Shown here one piece after another: positions 41,121 through 53,302 of a stretch of 64,000 nt of DNA (position 1 is the first letter of the stretch; each line of letters starts with the position of its first letter). The notes beneath the pieces are model-generated. The model was not told the origin of the DNA. It was given only the letters and a program-made list of their open reading frames with translations, and made no database searches. A program made the translations under genes and the position numbers. The stretch spans positions 2,464,001 to 2,528,000 of the forward strand of contig CAWJMB010000002.1 in the NCBI GenBank assembly GCA_963843845.1, given 5' to 3'. The stretch is from an uncultured Gemmatimonadaceae bacterium (GTDB lineage: Bacteria > Gemmatimonadota > Gemmatimonadetes > Gemmatimonadales > Gemmatimonadaceae).

Positions 41121-41989
41121 GACTCGCACTCCGCGAAGCGCTGCTCGCCTTCCGTCGCACGCCCCTGCTCAGCATCCTCAGCGTCACGACGATCGCGTTC
41201 TCGCTGTTCGCGTTCGGGCTGTTCGGGCTCGTCGCCGTGAATCTCCGCGACGCGTTGGGCAGCGTCGAAGATCGCGTCGAGATCCGCGCGTTCCTCGCCG
41301 ACACCACCCCGGCCGCGACGGCGCAGGCGGCCGCCGACGAGCTGCGTCGCGTGCCCGCCGTGGCGGCGGTGACCTACGTCTCGTCCGACGAGGCGCTCGC
41401 CCGCGCGCGGCGCGACCTCGGCGAGTTCAACGACGTCTGGGCGGCGGCGGTGCTCCCCGCCTCGCTCGACGTGCGCCTGCGCCCGGGGATGCGCGACCCG
41501 GCGACCGTGCAGCAGGTCGCGTCGCGCGCGCGCGGCTATCCGTTCGTCGACGACGTGCGCTACGGCGAGGAGTGGGTGCAGAAGCTCTACCGCATCCGCA
41601 CCGTCGCGACGGCGACCGGCATCACGCTGGGCGCCGCGTTCGCGATCGCCGCGATCATCATCGTCGGCGCGACGATCCGCATGACGGTGCTGTCGCGGTC
41701 GGCCGAGATCCAGATCATGCGGCTCGTCGGCGCGACGGACAGCTTCGTCCGACTTCCGTTCCTGCTCGACGGTCTCACGAAGGGGGTGTTGGGCGGCCTC
41801 CTCGCGCTGCTGCTGACGCGCGTCGCGTACTTCGTCGTCGACCGCTGGTTCCTGCACGTCCAGTTCTTCGATGCGACGCTCGCCGCGTTCGGGGTGCTCG
41901 TCGGCGCGCTGCTCGGCCTGCTCGGAAGCGCGATCTCGGTCGGCCGTCACCTGCGCCTCATCGGGACCGATCGACGGCGCTGGCGGTGA
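41117..41989 (+). CDS. ftsX: cell division permease FtsX
   Basis: Four TMs; LPASLDVRL, VDDVRYGEEWV, EIQIMRLVGATDSFVRLPFLLDG. Confidence 0.92.
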   Translation: MRLALREALLAFRRTPLLSILSVTTIAFSLFAFGLFGLVAVNLRDALGSVEDRVEIRAFLADTTPAATAQAAADELRRVPAVAAVTYVSSDEALARARRDLGEFNDVWAAAVLPASLDVRLRPGMRDPATVQQVASRARGYPFVDDVRYGEEWVQKLYRIRTVATATGITLGAAFAIAAIIIVGATIRMTVLSRSAEIQIMRLVGATDSFVRLPFLLDGLTKGVLGGLLALLLTRVAYFVVDRWFLHVQFFDATLAAFGVLVGALLGLLGSAISVGRHLRLIGTDRRRWR

Positions 41990-43284
41990 CGGCGCCGCGC
42001 GTGCTCCTCCGGCTCGTCGCGCTCGGCGCGGGCGTGCTGATGGCTGGCTCGGGTGCTGCCGGCGCCCAGTCGAGGCGCCCCCAGCCCACCCCCGCTCCGC
42101 CCCCCCCGACCGCCGCGCGCGGCGCCGAGCTCGCCCGCGTACGGCAGGAGCGAGCGGCACTCGAGCAGCGGATGCGGTCGCTCACCAGCACGGTGCGCGA
42201 CATCAGCGCCGACGTCGACAACATCGCGCGACAGGCGTCGGCGACATCGCGGCTCGTGGCCACGCTCGACCGCCAGCTCGTGTCGATCGACGCAGACGTC
42301 GGCACGACGAGCGCGCAGCTCGACCGCGCGCAGCGCGACCTCGACCGCAAGCAGGTCGCACTCCAGCGCCGGCTCGTCGAGATCTACAAGCGCGGCCCGC
42401 TGTACACGGCCGAGGTGATGTTCTCGGCGGCGTCGCTCGGCGAGCTGGTGACGCGGTACAAGTACCTCCACGAGCTCACGCTGCGCGACCGCTCGCTCGT
42501 TCGGCAGGTCGAGGGGCTGCGCGACGACGTCGCCGGCAAGCGCGCGATGCTGCTGCGACTCCAGAGCGAGCTGGCGCGCAACCGTGCGGAGAAGGCGGAC
42601 GAGGAGACGCGGCTCCGGGCGCTCGAGACGCAGCGCGTGGCGAGCCTGCGGCAGGCGCGCCAGCAGGCATCGCGGACCCAGGCGCGGCTCGCCCAGATCG
42701 CGCGCGACGAGGCGCGGCTGACGAGCGTGATCGCCGCGCTCGAGGCGGCGCGCAAACGTGCCGCCGTCAGGCCGCCCGCGGCGGCCAGAGCGGCGAGCGC
42801 GACGGCGACGCGAGGATCGGGTGCCGTCCCCGCGGCCGGCGCAGCGACGAGCGCGTCGGCGGGCGCGTCGGCGGGCGCGCTCGCGCCGAACACGGCGGGG
42901 CGCGCCGGCTGGCCGGTGAACGGCTCGCTGCTCTACCGCTTCGGCCGCGTGGTGAGCGCGAACAACACGTCGACGCGCTGGAACGGCATCGGCATCGGCG
43001 CCCCGGCCGGCACGCCCGTTCGTGCCGTCGCCGCCGGTACTGTCGTCGTGGCCGAGACGATGGGGAGCTACGGACTCACGGTCATCGTGCAGCACGGCGG
43101 CGACTACTCGATCTACGGCTCGCTCGCACGCACCGACGTGCGCAAGGGTGCGACGGTCGCGCGCGGCGAGACCCTCGGCGCGGTGGGCTCGGCGGACCCC
43201 GATCTTCCGCCGCACCTACATTTCGAGATCCGCCCGAGCGGGCGCGCGATCGACCCGCTACCGTGGCTCGGCGCGCAGCGCTGA
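41986..43284 (+). CDS. envC: EnvC-like coiled-coil + M23 peptidase-domain murein hydrolase activator
   Basis: Signal peptide, long coiled coil, WPVNG, WNGIGIGAPAGTPVRAVAAG, HLHFEIR; follows ftsEX. Confidence 0.8.
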   Translation: MTAPRVLLRLVALGAGVLMAGSGAAGAQSRRPQPTPAPPPPTAARGAELARVRQERAALEQRMRSLTSTVRDISADVDNIARQASATSRLVATLDRQLVSIDADVGTTSAQLDRAQRDLDRKQVALQRRLVEIYKRGPLYTAEVMFSAASLGELVTRYKYLHELTLRDRSLVRQVEGLRDDVAGKRAMLLRLQSELARNRAEKADEETRLRALETQRVASLRQARQQASRTQARLAQIARDEARLTSVIAALEAARKRAAVRPPAAARAASATATRGSGAVPAAGAATSASAGASAGALAPNTAGRAGWPVNGSLLYRFGRVVSANNTSTRWNGIGIGAPAGTPVRAVAAGTVVVAETMGSYGLTVIVQHGGDYSIYGSLARTDVRKGATVARGETLGAVGSADPDLPPHLHFEIRPSGRAIDPLPWLGAQR

Positions 43285-43306
43285 CGACTCTTCTGCCTCT
43301 CGTTCG

Positions 43307-44161
43307 ATGGCGACCTGCGACTACCTCGGTGCTCACGTCTCGACCGCCGGCGGCCTGGCGACCGCGCCGCCGCGCGCGAGGGCCATCGCCGCGTCGGCGA
43401 TGCAGCTGTTCACGAAGCAGGCGAATCGGTGGGCGGAACGGGTGTGCCCCGACGACGAGTGCGCGTCGTTCGCGACCGCGCTGCGGGAGACCGACGTCGC
43501 GTCGACGATCTCGCACGACAGCTACCTCATCAACCTCGCGTCGCCGGACGCGCTGCTGCGGGCACGGTCGGTGGACTCGTTCGCGGCCGAGCTGGCCCGC
43601 TGCGAAGCGTTAGGCATCCATTTTCTCGTGTCGCACCCCGGCAACTACATCGACGATCACGACGAAGGGATCGTGCGCAACGCCGAGGGGATCGCGGAGG
43701 CGCTCGACCGCGTGCCGGGGACGACGGTGCTCTGTCTCGAGACCACGGCCGGCTCCGGGACGGCGTTGGGCCGCACGTTCGAGGAGTTGGCCGCGATCAT
43801 CGCGCGACTGCCCGCGGCCCAGCAGTCGCGCGTCGGGGTGTGCGTCGACACCTGTCACGTCTACTCTGCCGGGTACGATCTCGCCACCGACTACGATGGC
43901 GTCATGACGCGACTCGGCGACACGCTCGGCTTCGACCGCGTGCGCGTGATGCACCTGAACGACTCGAAGACGCCGTTCGCGTCGCGGAAGGACCGCCACG
44001 AGCTGATCGCGGAAGGCTCGCTCGGCGAGCGCCCGTTCCGGCGCATCATGACCGACCCGCGCCTCGCGACCACGCCGAAGGTGATCGAGACGCCCAAGCT
44101 CGACGACGCGACCGCGACCGACACGCGGATGTTGGAGCGGCTGCGGAGCTACGCGGCGTAA
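43307..44161 (+). CDS. nfo: endonuclease IV
   Basis: LGAHVSTAGG, HDSYLINLAS, HPG, LETTAGSG, DTCH, HLNDSK, KDRH, ETP. Confidence 0.95.
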   Translation: MATCDYLGAHVSTAGGLATAPPRARAIAASAMQLFTKQANRWAERVCPDDECASFATALRETDVASTISHDSYLINLASPDALLRARSVDSFAAELARCEALGIHFLVSHPGNYIDDHDEGIVRNAEGIAEALDRVPGTTVLCLETTAGSGTALGRTFEELAAIIARLPAAQQSRVGVCVDTCHVYSAGYDLATDYDGVMTRLGDTLGFDRVRVMHLNDSKTPFASRKDRHELIAEGSLGERPFRRIMTDPRLATTPKVIETPKLDDATATDTRMLERLRSYAA

Positions 44162-44184
44162 CCGAAGCGCTCTAGTTTGTCGCC

Positions 44185-46494
44185 ATGAAGCGCGAAGACG
44201 CCCTCGAATACCACGAGCGTGGACGCCCCGGCAAGATCGCCGTCGTCCCGACGAAGCCGCTGACGAACCAGCGCGACCTGGCGCTCGCCTACTCGCCGGG
44301 CGTCGCCGAACCGTGCCGCGAGATCGCGCGGAACCCGGAGGAGGCGTACCGCTACACGGCGAAGGGGAACCTCGTCGCCGTCGTCACGAACGGCACGGCC
44401 GTGCTGGGACTGGGCAACATCGGCGCGCTCGCCGGGAAGCCGGTGATGGAGGGCAAGGGAAATCTGTTCAAGCAGTTCGCCGACCTCGACTGCTTCGACC
44501 TCGAGGTCGGCAGCGAGACGCCGGACGACGTCGTGCGCTTCTGCCAGCTGCTCGAGCCGACCGTCGGCGGGATCAACCTCGAGGACATCCGCGCGCCCGA
44601 CTGCTTCTACATCGAGGAGACGCTGCGGAAGACGATGAAGATCCCCGTCTTCCACGACGACCAGCACGGAACGGCGATCATCTCCGGCGCCGCGCTGCTG
44701 AACGCGCTCGAGATCGTCGGCAAGCCCATCGGCGAGATCAAGGTCGTCTTCTCCGGCGCCGGCGCCGCGGCGATCGCGACGGCGGAGCACTACGTGCGGC
44801 TCGGGGTGCGGCGCGAGCGGATCTGGATGTGCGACCGCGACGGCCTCGTCTACGTCGGGCGCGGGGGCATGGACCCGTACAAGGCGCGCTTCGCGCACCC
44901 GGACGACGGGGCGCGCGCGTTGGGCGACGTCATCGGCGATGCCGACGTGTTCGTCGGGCTCTCGGTCGCCGGCGCGCTGTCGCCTGCCATGGTCGCTGCG
45001 ATGGCGCCGCAGCCGATCATCTTCGCCCTCGCGAACCCGCTGCCGGAGATCCTCCCGGACGAGGTTCGCGCCGTGCGCGACGACGCGATCATCGCGACCG
45101 GACGGAGCGACTACCCGAACCAGGTCAACAACGTCCTCGGCTTCCCCTTCATCTTTCGCGGCGCACTCGACGCGCGCGCGACCGAGGTGAACGAGGAGAT
45201 GAAGATGGCCGCCACGCGCGCGCTCGCGTTACTGGCGCGCGAGGACGTGCCGGAGACGGTGAGCCGACTGTACGGGCTGAAGACGGTCAAGTTCGGACCC
45301 GAGTACCTCATCCCCTTCCCGTTCGATCCGCGCGTCCTGCTCTGGATCGCGCCGGCGGTCGCGTGGGCGGCCGTCGCGAGCGGCGTCGCGCAGACGTTCA
45401 TCGACGTCGAGAGCTACCGCGAGCAGCTCGAGGCGCGGCTCGGCCGCGCGCGCGGGATCATGCGCGGGATCATCAACCGCGCCGTCGCGGACCCGCGCCG
45501 GGTCGTGTTCGCCGAGGGCGACGAGCCGAAGATCATGCGCGCCGCGCGCATCTGCGCGGACGAGGGGATCGCCGACCCGATTCTGCTGGGCAGCGCCGAC
45601 CGCATTCGCCGCGCGGCCGCCGAGCACGCGATCGCCCTCGACGACATCGAGGTCGTCGACACGGCGTCGTGGCCGGCGCGCGACACGTACGCGCGCTACC
45701 TCTGGGAGCGCCGGCAACGCAAAGGGATGTCGTTGGGCGAGGCCTACCAGCGGCTGCACAACGCGAACTACTTCGGCGCCTGCATGGTCGCCTGCGGCGA
45801 CGCCGACGCGATGCTCTCCGGCGTGAACGCGGCGTATCCGGAGACCATCCGCCCCGCACTCGAAGCGGTCGGCGCCCACCCGAAGGCGGGGATCCTGAGC
45901 GGGATGTACATGCTCGTCTTCGACAAGCGCGTCGTGTTCTGCGGCGACACGACCGTCACGATCGACCCGACGGCCGAGCAGCTCGCGCAGATCGCGTACG
46001 CGGCGAGTCGCATCGTGCGGACGTTCGGCGAGGAGCCGCGCGTCGCCATGCTCTCGTTCTCGAACTTCGGCTCGGTGCGCCACCCGCACGCCGAGAAGGT
46101 CGCGCAGGCCGTGCGGCTGCTGCGCCAGCGCGACCCGTCGCTCATCGTCGACGGGGAGATGCAGGCCGACACGGCGGTCGATGCGGAGATTCTGCGCGAG
46201 CGGTATCCGTTCTCGTCGCTCAAGGACGAGGCGAACGTGCTGATCTTTCCGAACTTGAGCGCCGGCAACATCGCGTACAAGTTGTTGAATCACCTCGGCG
46301 GGGCGACGGCGATCGGGCCGATCCTCGTCGGGATGGCGCGTCCGATCCATGTGCTCGAGCAGGGCGCCGACGTACAAGACATCGTGAACATGGCCGCCGT
46401 CGCCGTCATGGACGCCCAGTCGCGTGGCCGTAGCGCAGAAGGCAGCGCGTTCGGTCCGGGACTGCCCCGCGCCCGCGAAGCCGGCATCCTTTGA
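44185..46494 (+). CDS. maeB: NADP-dependent malic enzyme with PTA domain
   Basis: [46 protein letters not shown]-terminal PTA domain ([20 protein letters not shown]). Confidence 0.96.
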   Translation: MKREDALEYHERGRPGKIAVVPTKPLTNQRDLALAYSPGVAEPCREIARNPEEAYRYTAKGNLVAVVTNGTAVLGLGNIGALAGKPVMEGKGNLFKQFADLDCFDLEVGSETPDDVVRFCQLLEPTVGGINLEDIRAPDCFYIEETLRKTMKIPVFHDDQHGTAIISGAALLNALEIVGKPIGEIKVVFSGAGAAAIATAEHYVRLGVRRERIWMCDRDGLVYVGRGGMDPYKARFAHPDDGARALGDVIGDADVFVGLSVAGALSPAMVAAMAPQPIIFALANPLPEILPDEVRAVRDDAIIATGRSDYPNQVNNVLGFPFIFRGALDARATEVNEEMKMAATRALALLAREDVPETVSRLYGLKTVKFGPEYLIPFPFDPRVLLWIAPAVAWAAVASGVAQTFIDVESYREQLEARLGRARGIMRGIINRAVADPRRVVFAEGDEPKIMRAARICADEGIADPILLGSADRIRRAAAEHAIALDDIEVVDTASWPARDTYARYLWERRQRKGMSLGEAYQRLHNANYFGACMVACGDADAMLSGVNAAYPETIRPALEAVGAHPKAGILSGMYMLVFDKRVVFCGDTTVTIDPTAEQLAQIAYAASRIVRTFGEEPRVAMLSFSNFGSVRHPHAEKVAQAVRLLRQRDPSLIVDGEMQADTAVDAEILRERYPFSSLKDEANVLIFPNLSAGNIAYKLLNHLGGATAIGPILVGMARPIHVLEQGADVQDIVNMAAVAVMDAQSRGRSAEGSAFGPGLPRAREAGIL

Positions 46495-46520
46495 ACCGCT
46501 TCCCGCTACCCCTTCCACGC

Positions 46521-48159
46521 ATGGCGACGCTCACCTCACCGCAGCGCGCGACCGACGGCACGAACGGAACGTCCGGCCGCGGCGCCGGCTCCCTCGACGC
46601 GCTCGGCGTCACGCCGTCAGGCGCGGTGCACTGGAACCTCGTCGCACCGGAGCTGGTGCAGGCCGCTATCCGCCGCGGTGAGGGGCAGCTCGCCGACCGC
46701 GGGCCGTTCGTCGCCGTCACGTCGCCACACACCGGGCGCTCCCCGAACGACAAGTTCGTCGTGCGCGAGGCGTCGAGCGAGGCGGACATCGACTGGGGCA
46801 AGGTCAACCAGCCGATGAGCGAGCAGCACTTCGACACGCTGCTCGCCGACGTCCAGCAGTATCTGAGCGGTCTCGACGAGCTGTTCGTACAGGATCTGTA
46901 CTGTGGCGCCGACCCGTCGCTCCGCCTCAAGGTGCGCTACGTCCTGCCGAACGCGTGGCACGCGAACTTCGTGCGGAACATGTTCATCCGCCCCGGCGCC
47001 GACGAGCTGGAGGGGTTCGATCCGAACTTCACCGTGCTGCACGCGCCCGAGCTCCAGGCCGATCCGGCGCGCCACGGCACCCGCACCGGCACGTTCATCG
47101 TCGTGCACGTCGGCCGCCGCACGATCCTCATCGGCGGGACGCGCTACGCCGGCGAGATGAAGAAGGCGATGTTCACGATCATGAACTACCTCATGCCGAA
47201 GCAGGGCGTGCTCTCGATGCACTGCTCGGCGAACATCGGTCCGGATGGCGACACGGCGCTGTTCTTCGGCCTCTCCGGCACCGGCAAGACGACGCTCTCG
47301 GCCGACCCGGAACGCGGTCTCATCGGCGACGACGAGCACGGGTGGAGCGACGACGGCGACGTTCAATTTCGAAGGCGGCTGCTATGCCAAGGTGATCAAC
47401 CTGTCGGCCGAGGGCGAGCCGGACATCTTCGCGACGACGCAGATGTTCGGCACGGTGCTGGAAAACGTGGTGCTCGACGACGCGCGTCGCGTGAAGTTCG
47501 AGGACCAGTCGATCACGGAGAACACGCGCGCCAGCTATCCGATCGAGTACATCCGCAACTACGTCCCCAGCGGACGCGGCGGGCACCCGAAGCACGTCGT
47601 CTTCCTCACGGCCGACGCGTTCGGCGTGCTGCCGCCGATCGCCCGCCTGACGCCCGAGCAGGCGATGTACTACTTCCTGTCCGGCTACACCGCGAAGGTC
47701 GCCGGCACCGAGCGCGGCGTGACCGAGCCGCAGGCGACCTTCAGCGCCTGCTTCGGCGCCGTATTCCTCGTCTGGCATCCGACGAAGTACGCGCAGATGC
47801 TCGGCGAGAAGCTTCGCGAGCACGGCTCGCACGTCTGGCTCGTGAATACGGGCTGGAGCGGCGGGCCGTACGGCGTCGGCAAGCGCATGAAGCTCGGCTA
47901 CACGCGGGCGATGGTCCGCGCGGCGCTGAGCGGGGCGCTCGACGACGTCGCGACCGAGACCGACCCGGTATTCGGCCTCGCCGTGCCGACGACGATTCCG
48001 AACGTCCCGAGCGATGTGCTGCGCGCGCGCGACACGTGGAGCGACCGCGCCGCGTACGACGCGCAGGCGACGAAGCTGGCCGCGATGTTTCGCCAGAACA
48101 TCGGCAAGTTCGGCGACGCGGTGAGCCCGGAGATCTGCGCCGCAGGGCCGCGCGGCTGA
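46521..48159 (+). CDS. pckA: phosphoenolpyruvate carboxykinase (ATP); apparent +1 frameshift near 47358
   Basis: [44 protein letters not shown] | [31 protein letters not shown]. Confidence 0.96.
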
Positions 48160-48272
48160 CGACCGAATGGTGGGCGCGCCGTGGGCGCGGCGTGGGCCGC
48201 TGATGGCCCGCGGCGTGCCCACGCCGGGGATGCCGATCCGGCTTCGCTGATCGCCGCCGACAGACCCCCCTC

Positions 48273-50157
48273 GTGTCCCAGTCGATCGAGCGCCGTTTGC
48301 CGTTGCTGATGACCGCGGTTCTCGCCGCGGTCCTCGCGACGTCGCTGGCATCGACGTACCGCGCCCTCTCCTCCGCCGCCGAGGCGGCGGCGGAGTCGAG
48401 ACTGACCCAGGTCGGTCAGTCGCTCGCCGCGGCGTCGGCGCAGGCGGCGCTGACGCGGAACGCGCTGCTCGCGCGCGTGGTGCGCGACAGCGCGGTCGTT
48501 CGGGCACTCCAGGCGGCCCGCGGGCGCGGCGCGACACCGCCGCGCGACGTCATCGCCGCCGCCGAGACGGCGCTCGCGCGGGTGCAGCAGCCGGCCGACA
48601 GCAACCTCCCGGCGACACTCTGGACGGCTGACGGCGAGCGAGTCGCCGCCGTCGGGGGCGGGGCCGCGATTCGCCCCTCGCCTGGCACGGTCGACGTGCA
48701 ACCGCGCGGCGAGCTTCCTGCCGTCGCGCCCCCGTCGCTCGCGAACATCGCGCGCGACTCGGTGCACGTCAGCGAGCTCTACGTCTCGGGCGGACGCGTC
48801 TACTTCGACGTCGTCGCCCCGGTCGACGCCGGCGGCGTGCGGCTCGGCTACGTCCACATGCTGCGGCGCATCTCGAGCAACCCGCGCGTCGCGACGCAGC
48901 TGCGCGATCTGACCGGCGAGGACGTGGCACTCTACATCCACCAGCGCGGCCAGCCGCTCTGGGCGTCGATGCGCGGGACGTCGACGGTGGCCGCGGCGGC
49001 GACCGACGATTCGGACCTCGTGGTCCGCGACGGTCGGACGCAGCTCACCGCCACGGCGACGATTCCGTCGTCGAACTGGCAGTTCACGCTGGAGGAGCCG
49101 CTCGACATCGTCTTGCGGCGTCCGCGCGCGCTCCTGCGCGGACTCGTCATCGTCAGCCTCCTCCTCATGCTCGTCGGCGTCGCCGCGGCCTGGGCGATCG
49201 GCCGCCGCGTCGCCCGTCCGATCATCGCGTTGACGACGGCCGCAGAGGCGATCGCGCGCGGCGACTACCGGTCGCGCGCGAATGCCGTGGGCGGGTACGA
49301 CGAAGTGAACCGGCTCGCCGACAGCTTCAACGTGATGGCCGGTGCCGTCGAGACGTCGGTACGCGCGACGAACGAGGCGCGCGACAGTGCGGAGAGCGCG
49401 AGCCGCGCGAAAGGGGACTTCCTCGCCGTCATGAGCCACGAGCTGCGAACGCCGCTCAACGCCATCAGCGGCTACGCGGATCTGCTGCGCATCGGCGTCT
49501 ACGGACCGATGACCGACGCGCAGCTCCAGGCCCTCGGCCGCATCGCGCGGAGCCAGCAACATCTGCTCGGGCTGATCGACGACGTGCTGACGTTCGCGAA
49601 GCTGAACGCGTCGGTCGAGCCGATCGCGCTCGCCGAAGTGCTGATCTTCGAGACGCTCGTGACGGCGGAGGCCATGGTGCTGCCGCAGCTCGAGACCAAG
49701 GGCATCGTCTACCGGCGCGAGGACTGCGCGCCCTCCGTCGTCGTGCACGCGGACGGCGACAAGCTGCGGCAGATCGTGCTCGAATCTCCTGACCAATGCC
49801 GTCAAGTTCACGCCACCGGGCGGCGAGATCCTCCTGCGCTGCGAGGCGGCGCGCGACGTGGTTCACGTGTCGGTGCGCGACTCCGGCGTCGGGATTCCGG
49901 CGGATCGGCTGGCGCACATCTTCGAGCCGTTCGTGCAGGTCGAGCGCGCGCTGAACCGGCCGCACGACGGCGTCGGGCTCGGGCTGGCGATCAGCCGCGA
50001 TCTCGCGACCCGGCTCGGCGGCTCGCTCACGGTCGAGAGCGAGGTCGGAGCCGGATCGCTGTTCACGCTGACGGTACCGCGTGTGCGCTCCTCGATCGAG
50101 GCGGCGACGGTGCAGACATCCCCCGGCACCGGTCGGCCTGACGCCGCTCCCGCCTAA
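48273..50157 (+). CDS. membrane sensor histidine kinase (periplasmic sensor, HAMP, HisKA, HATPase); apparent +1 frameshift near 49782
   Basis: Two TMs; FLAVMSHELRTPLNAI; KLRQIVL | NLLTNAVKFT; VRDSGVGI, GVGLGLAISR. Confidence 0.9.
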
Positions 50158-51746
50158 CGCGGCGGTGCCGACCGTCGCAGCGCGATCGCCTGCGCGGCGT
50201 TCGCCACGACGCGCCGGGCGTAGGTGAGCGTGGCGGCATCCGGCGGCGACGCGACGGCCGTACGGTCGGCGTAGATCGCGCCGATGGTCGTGCCGCCGAC
50301 CGAGATCGAGAACAGCGCCGCCGACGTCGCGCCCCACCCCTTCAACAGCGTCGCGTCGGACGCGGCGTGGCGGCCGCCGCGGACCAGCACCACTTCCTTC
50401 CCGCGCAACAGCGTCGTGCCGATCTCACTCGCGTGCGCGAACGGCACGACGAGGCGCTCGACGAACGCTTCGACGCCGCGACCGAGACCGAACCGCGCGC
50501 GGAACTCGCTCGTCCGGAGGTGGGCCGCACAGAAACAGGCGCGGTCGAACGGCCCACCGCGCAGGACCGCCTCGAGCGCGACGAGCATGGCGCGCGGCAA
50601 CTCGTACGTCGCCGACGTGCACGGCGGCGGCGGTGACGTCGTTCAGCAGCCGTTCGCGTAGCGCGACGAGCGCGGGACCGGCGAGCGGCGGTTCCGCCGT
50701 GCCATCCGCCACCGGCACGATCTGCGGCGCCTCGCCGTTCGGTGCGTCGGTCGGTCGTGGCTGGTCAGCGCCGGTCTCGGGCTCGGCGTCGGAGAGCGCG
50801 ACGGCGAGCTGTCGCGTGAGTCGGAGATCGTCGAGCGCGACGTTCGCGCTCGCGAAGATCTCGCGCGTCTCGGCGACGCCGGCGTCGGCGATCGACGCGA
50901 GCAGCTCGCGCGTGAGGCCGAGCCGCTCGCCGTACCGGAAGGCCACGCGCTGCACGGCGTTTCGCGGCGTCGCCGCGTCTTCCCGATAGATCGCGCACGC
51001 GAAGTCGTGCCCGAACGCGGTCGCGAGCGAGAGCGGATCCTCGCCGCGCGCACCGGTCGCGCGCATCGCGTTGCGCACGCTGTCCGGCATTCCCCACTGT
51101 TCGGCGATGCGGACGCCCACGTCCTCGAAGGAGCAGCCGAGCACGGCGGGCGCCGCCTGCGCGCGCATCGCTGCGCGCCGACGCCAGCTCGCGAGACTGG
51201 CCTCGCGCGTGCCGCACGTGTCGGAGAAAGTTGTCGTACTCCACCGGCAGATGCGCGGCGACGAGCACCTCGCCGAGGTTGCGGAACATGCCGCAGAGCT
51301 GCGCCGTCTCCGGGTCGGCCGTCCCGGCGAACGCGGTGACGTCGCGCGCGTGGCTCCCGGTGATGAGCGAGAGGAGCATCAGCTCCTTCATGCCCCGGCG
51401 ATCGCCGGCGGTACTGCTCGAACAGCAGCAGCGCGCTCGCGAGGTCGCGCACGTTGCGCGCGCCGAGCAGCATGAGGGCGTGCGTCGCACTCTGCACGGC
51501 GCGGCCCGAGCGATTGTAGTGCACCGTGTTCGCGGTGCGAATGACCTTGACCGTCAGCGCGTAGTCGCGCAGCACGACGTTCGCGAGTCGCTGCGCCGAG
51601 GCGTCGTCGCCGCGCAGCGAGGCCATGAGCTCGGTCATGACCCGCGAGAACGCCGGGACGTCGTCTGCCGCGAGGATGCGGCGCACGTACTCGTCGCGGC
51701 GCAGTCGGCGGGGCGCGTGGGGGGGGCGGCGGGGATCATCGGTCAC
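50154..51746 (-). CDS. HDOD-domain + GAF-like signalling protein, split over four frames (three apparent +1 frameshifts); start uncertain
   Basis: VPAFS...LANVVLRDYALTVKVIRTANTVHY...ATHALMLLG; CGMFRNLGEVLV; VGVRIAEQWGMPDSV; C-terminal FRARFGLG...IGAIYADR. Confidence 0.75.
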
Positions 51747-51812
51747 GAGTATCGGCGCCGGCGGAGCCCTTTCACCGACGCTCGGCCGTCGCCGGCCTAA
51801 CGTTTCCCGCGC

Positions 51813-53084
51813 ATGGAGATCATCCGCGATCCGCTCTGGAACAACATCCGCGTCGACCCGATCGCGCTGCGGCTCGTCGATACCCCGGTGTTCCAGCGGC
51901 TGCGCTACATCCGCCAACTCGGACTCGCGTACCTGGTCTACCCGGGCGCGACGCACTCCCGCTTCGAGCACGCCCTGGGCGCGTATCATCTCGCGTGCAC
52001 GACGCTCCGACTGCTGGGTGAGCGCGGCGACCTGCGGCCGGTCGCCGACGACGAGCCGGCGATCGTGCGCGCGGCCGCGTTGCTGCACGACGTCGGACAC
52101 TACCCGTTCTCGCACGCGCTCGAGGAGATCGGCGTGCTGCATCACGAGCGCGTCGGCGAGCCGCTCGTCACCGACGGCGCGGTGGCAGCGATCCTGCGCG
52201 ACGCGATCGGCGACGATGCGCCCGAGCGCGTGTATGCGATGATCGCCGGCCTGGGCGACAGCCCGCTCCGCGGCCTGATCTCCGGCTCGATCGATCTCGA
52301 CAAGATCGAGTACCTGAAGCGCGACGCGCTGATGTGCGGCGTGCCGTACGGCGAGATCGACGTCGACCGCCTGCTGAACGCGCTCGCGGTCGTGCCGGAC
52401 CCCGATCGTGGCACCCCGGTCGTCGCGCTGCGGGAGAAGGGGCTCTCGGCACTCGAGTCGCTGCTGTTCGCGAAGTATCAGATGTACCGCAACGTGTACT
52501 GGCACCACGCGGTGCGCTCGGCGACGGCGATGTACAAGCGGCTCGTCGACGACGCGCTGCGCGCGGAGGCGCTCCGGGCGCGCGAGCTGGTGGGGTTCAC
52601 CGACGAAGGGCTGCTGCACGCGCTGGAGCAGCGCGCTCCGTCTCCGTTGCTCGGCGCGCTGCGGACGCGGCGGCTGTACAAGCGGGCCGTGGAGTGCCCG
52701 GCGGCCGACTTCGACGACACGTTCGGCGACTGGATCGCGCACGATCGTGCGCTGACGGTGGCAGTCGAAGACCGGCTCGCCGCGGAACTCGGACTCGCGC
52801 CCGGCGAGCTGCTGCTCGACTACCCGGCGAAGACGCGGATGCTCGGGCTCGACCTGCCGGTGCTTCGCCGCACGGGAGGTGTGCAACGCCTCACCACCGC
52901 CGGCCTCGAGGGCGCGATCAACCTGCCGACGCTCTCCGAACAGCTCTACCGCTCGGCGCGCTGGCTTCGCGTGTTCGTCGCGCGACCGGTCCCGCTCGCG
53001 CGTCAGCAGCTCGAGTCGGCGCTCCAGCGCCCGGCGGGGGAGCTCGCAGCGATGGTGGCCCGAGGCGACGCGCTGCTCGACTAG
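51813..53084 (+). CDS. HD-superfamily phosphohydrolase (dNTP triphosphohydrolase-like)
   Basis: FQRLRYIRQLG...YPGATHSRFEHALG, ALLHDVGHYPFSH, DLDKIEYLKRD, MYRNVYWHH. Confidence 0.9.
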   Translation: MEIIRDPLWNNIRVDPIALRLVDTPVFQRLRYIRQLGLAYLVYPGATHSRFEHALGAYHLACTTLRLLGERGDLRPVADDEPAIVRAAALLHDVGHYPFSHALEEIGVLHHERVGEPLVTDGAVAAILRDAIGDDAPERVYAMIAGLGDSPLRGLISGSIDLDKIEYLKRDALMCGVPYGEIDVDRLLNALAVVPDPDRGTPVVALREKGLSALESLLFAKYQMYRNVYWHHAVRSATAMYKRLVDDALRAEALRARELVGFTDEGLLHALEQRAPSPLLGALRTRRLYKRAVECPAADFDDTFGDWIAHDRALTVAVEDRLAAELGLAPGELLLDYPAKTRMLGLDLPVLRRTGGVQRLTTAGLEGAINLPTLSEQLYRSARWLRVFVARPVPLARQQLESALQRPAGELAAMVARGDALLD

Positions 53085-53105
53085 CGAGGCACGACGCCGA
53101 CCGAC

Positions 53106-53300
53106 CTAGCGCGTGGCTCCCTTCTCCCGCCCATACGCCTCGGCCAGCTTCCGGCCGAGCCCGCGGTAGAACGCGGCATCCTCCCGCCGCGCGCCCTCGT
53201 CGAGCGACATGGCGGCGAGCTCGATCGCATACAGGATGTTGCCGATGTACAACCGCGCGACGTCGGCGAACGCCTCGTCCGGCGTCGGCTCCGGCGCCAC
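53106..53300 (-). CDS. small hypothetical helical protein (~64 aa) directly downstream of PP2C
   Basis: GTG 53300, 2 nt after the PP2C stop; FADVARLYIGNILYAIELAAMSL...FYRGLGRKLAEAYGREK. Confidence 0.55.
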   Translation of the reverse strand: MAPEPTPDEAFADVARLYIGNILYAIELAAMSLDEGARREDAAFYRGLGRKLAEAYGREKGATR

Positions 53301-53302
53301 GA

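Noticed and set aside
48168..48230. GTGGGCG repeats and hairpin after pckA as a mobile element
   Set aside because: Single, short and imperfect; most simply a GC-rich terminator-like hairpin.
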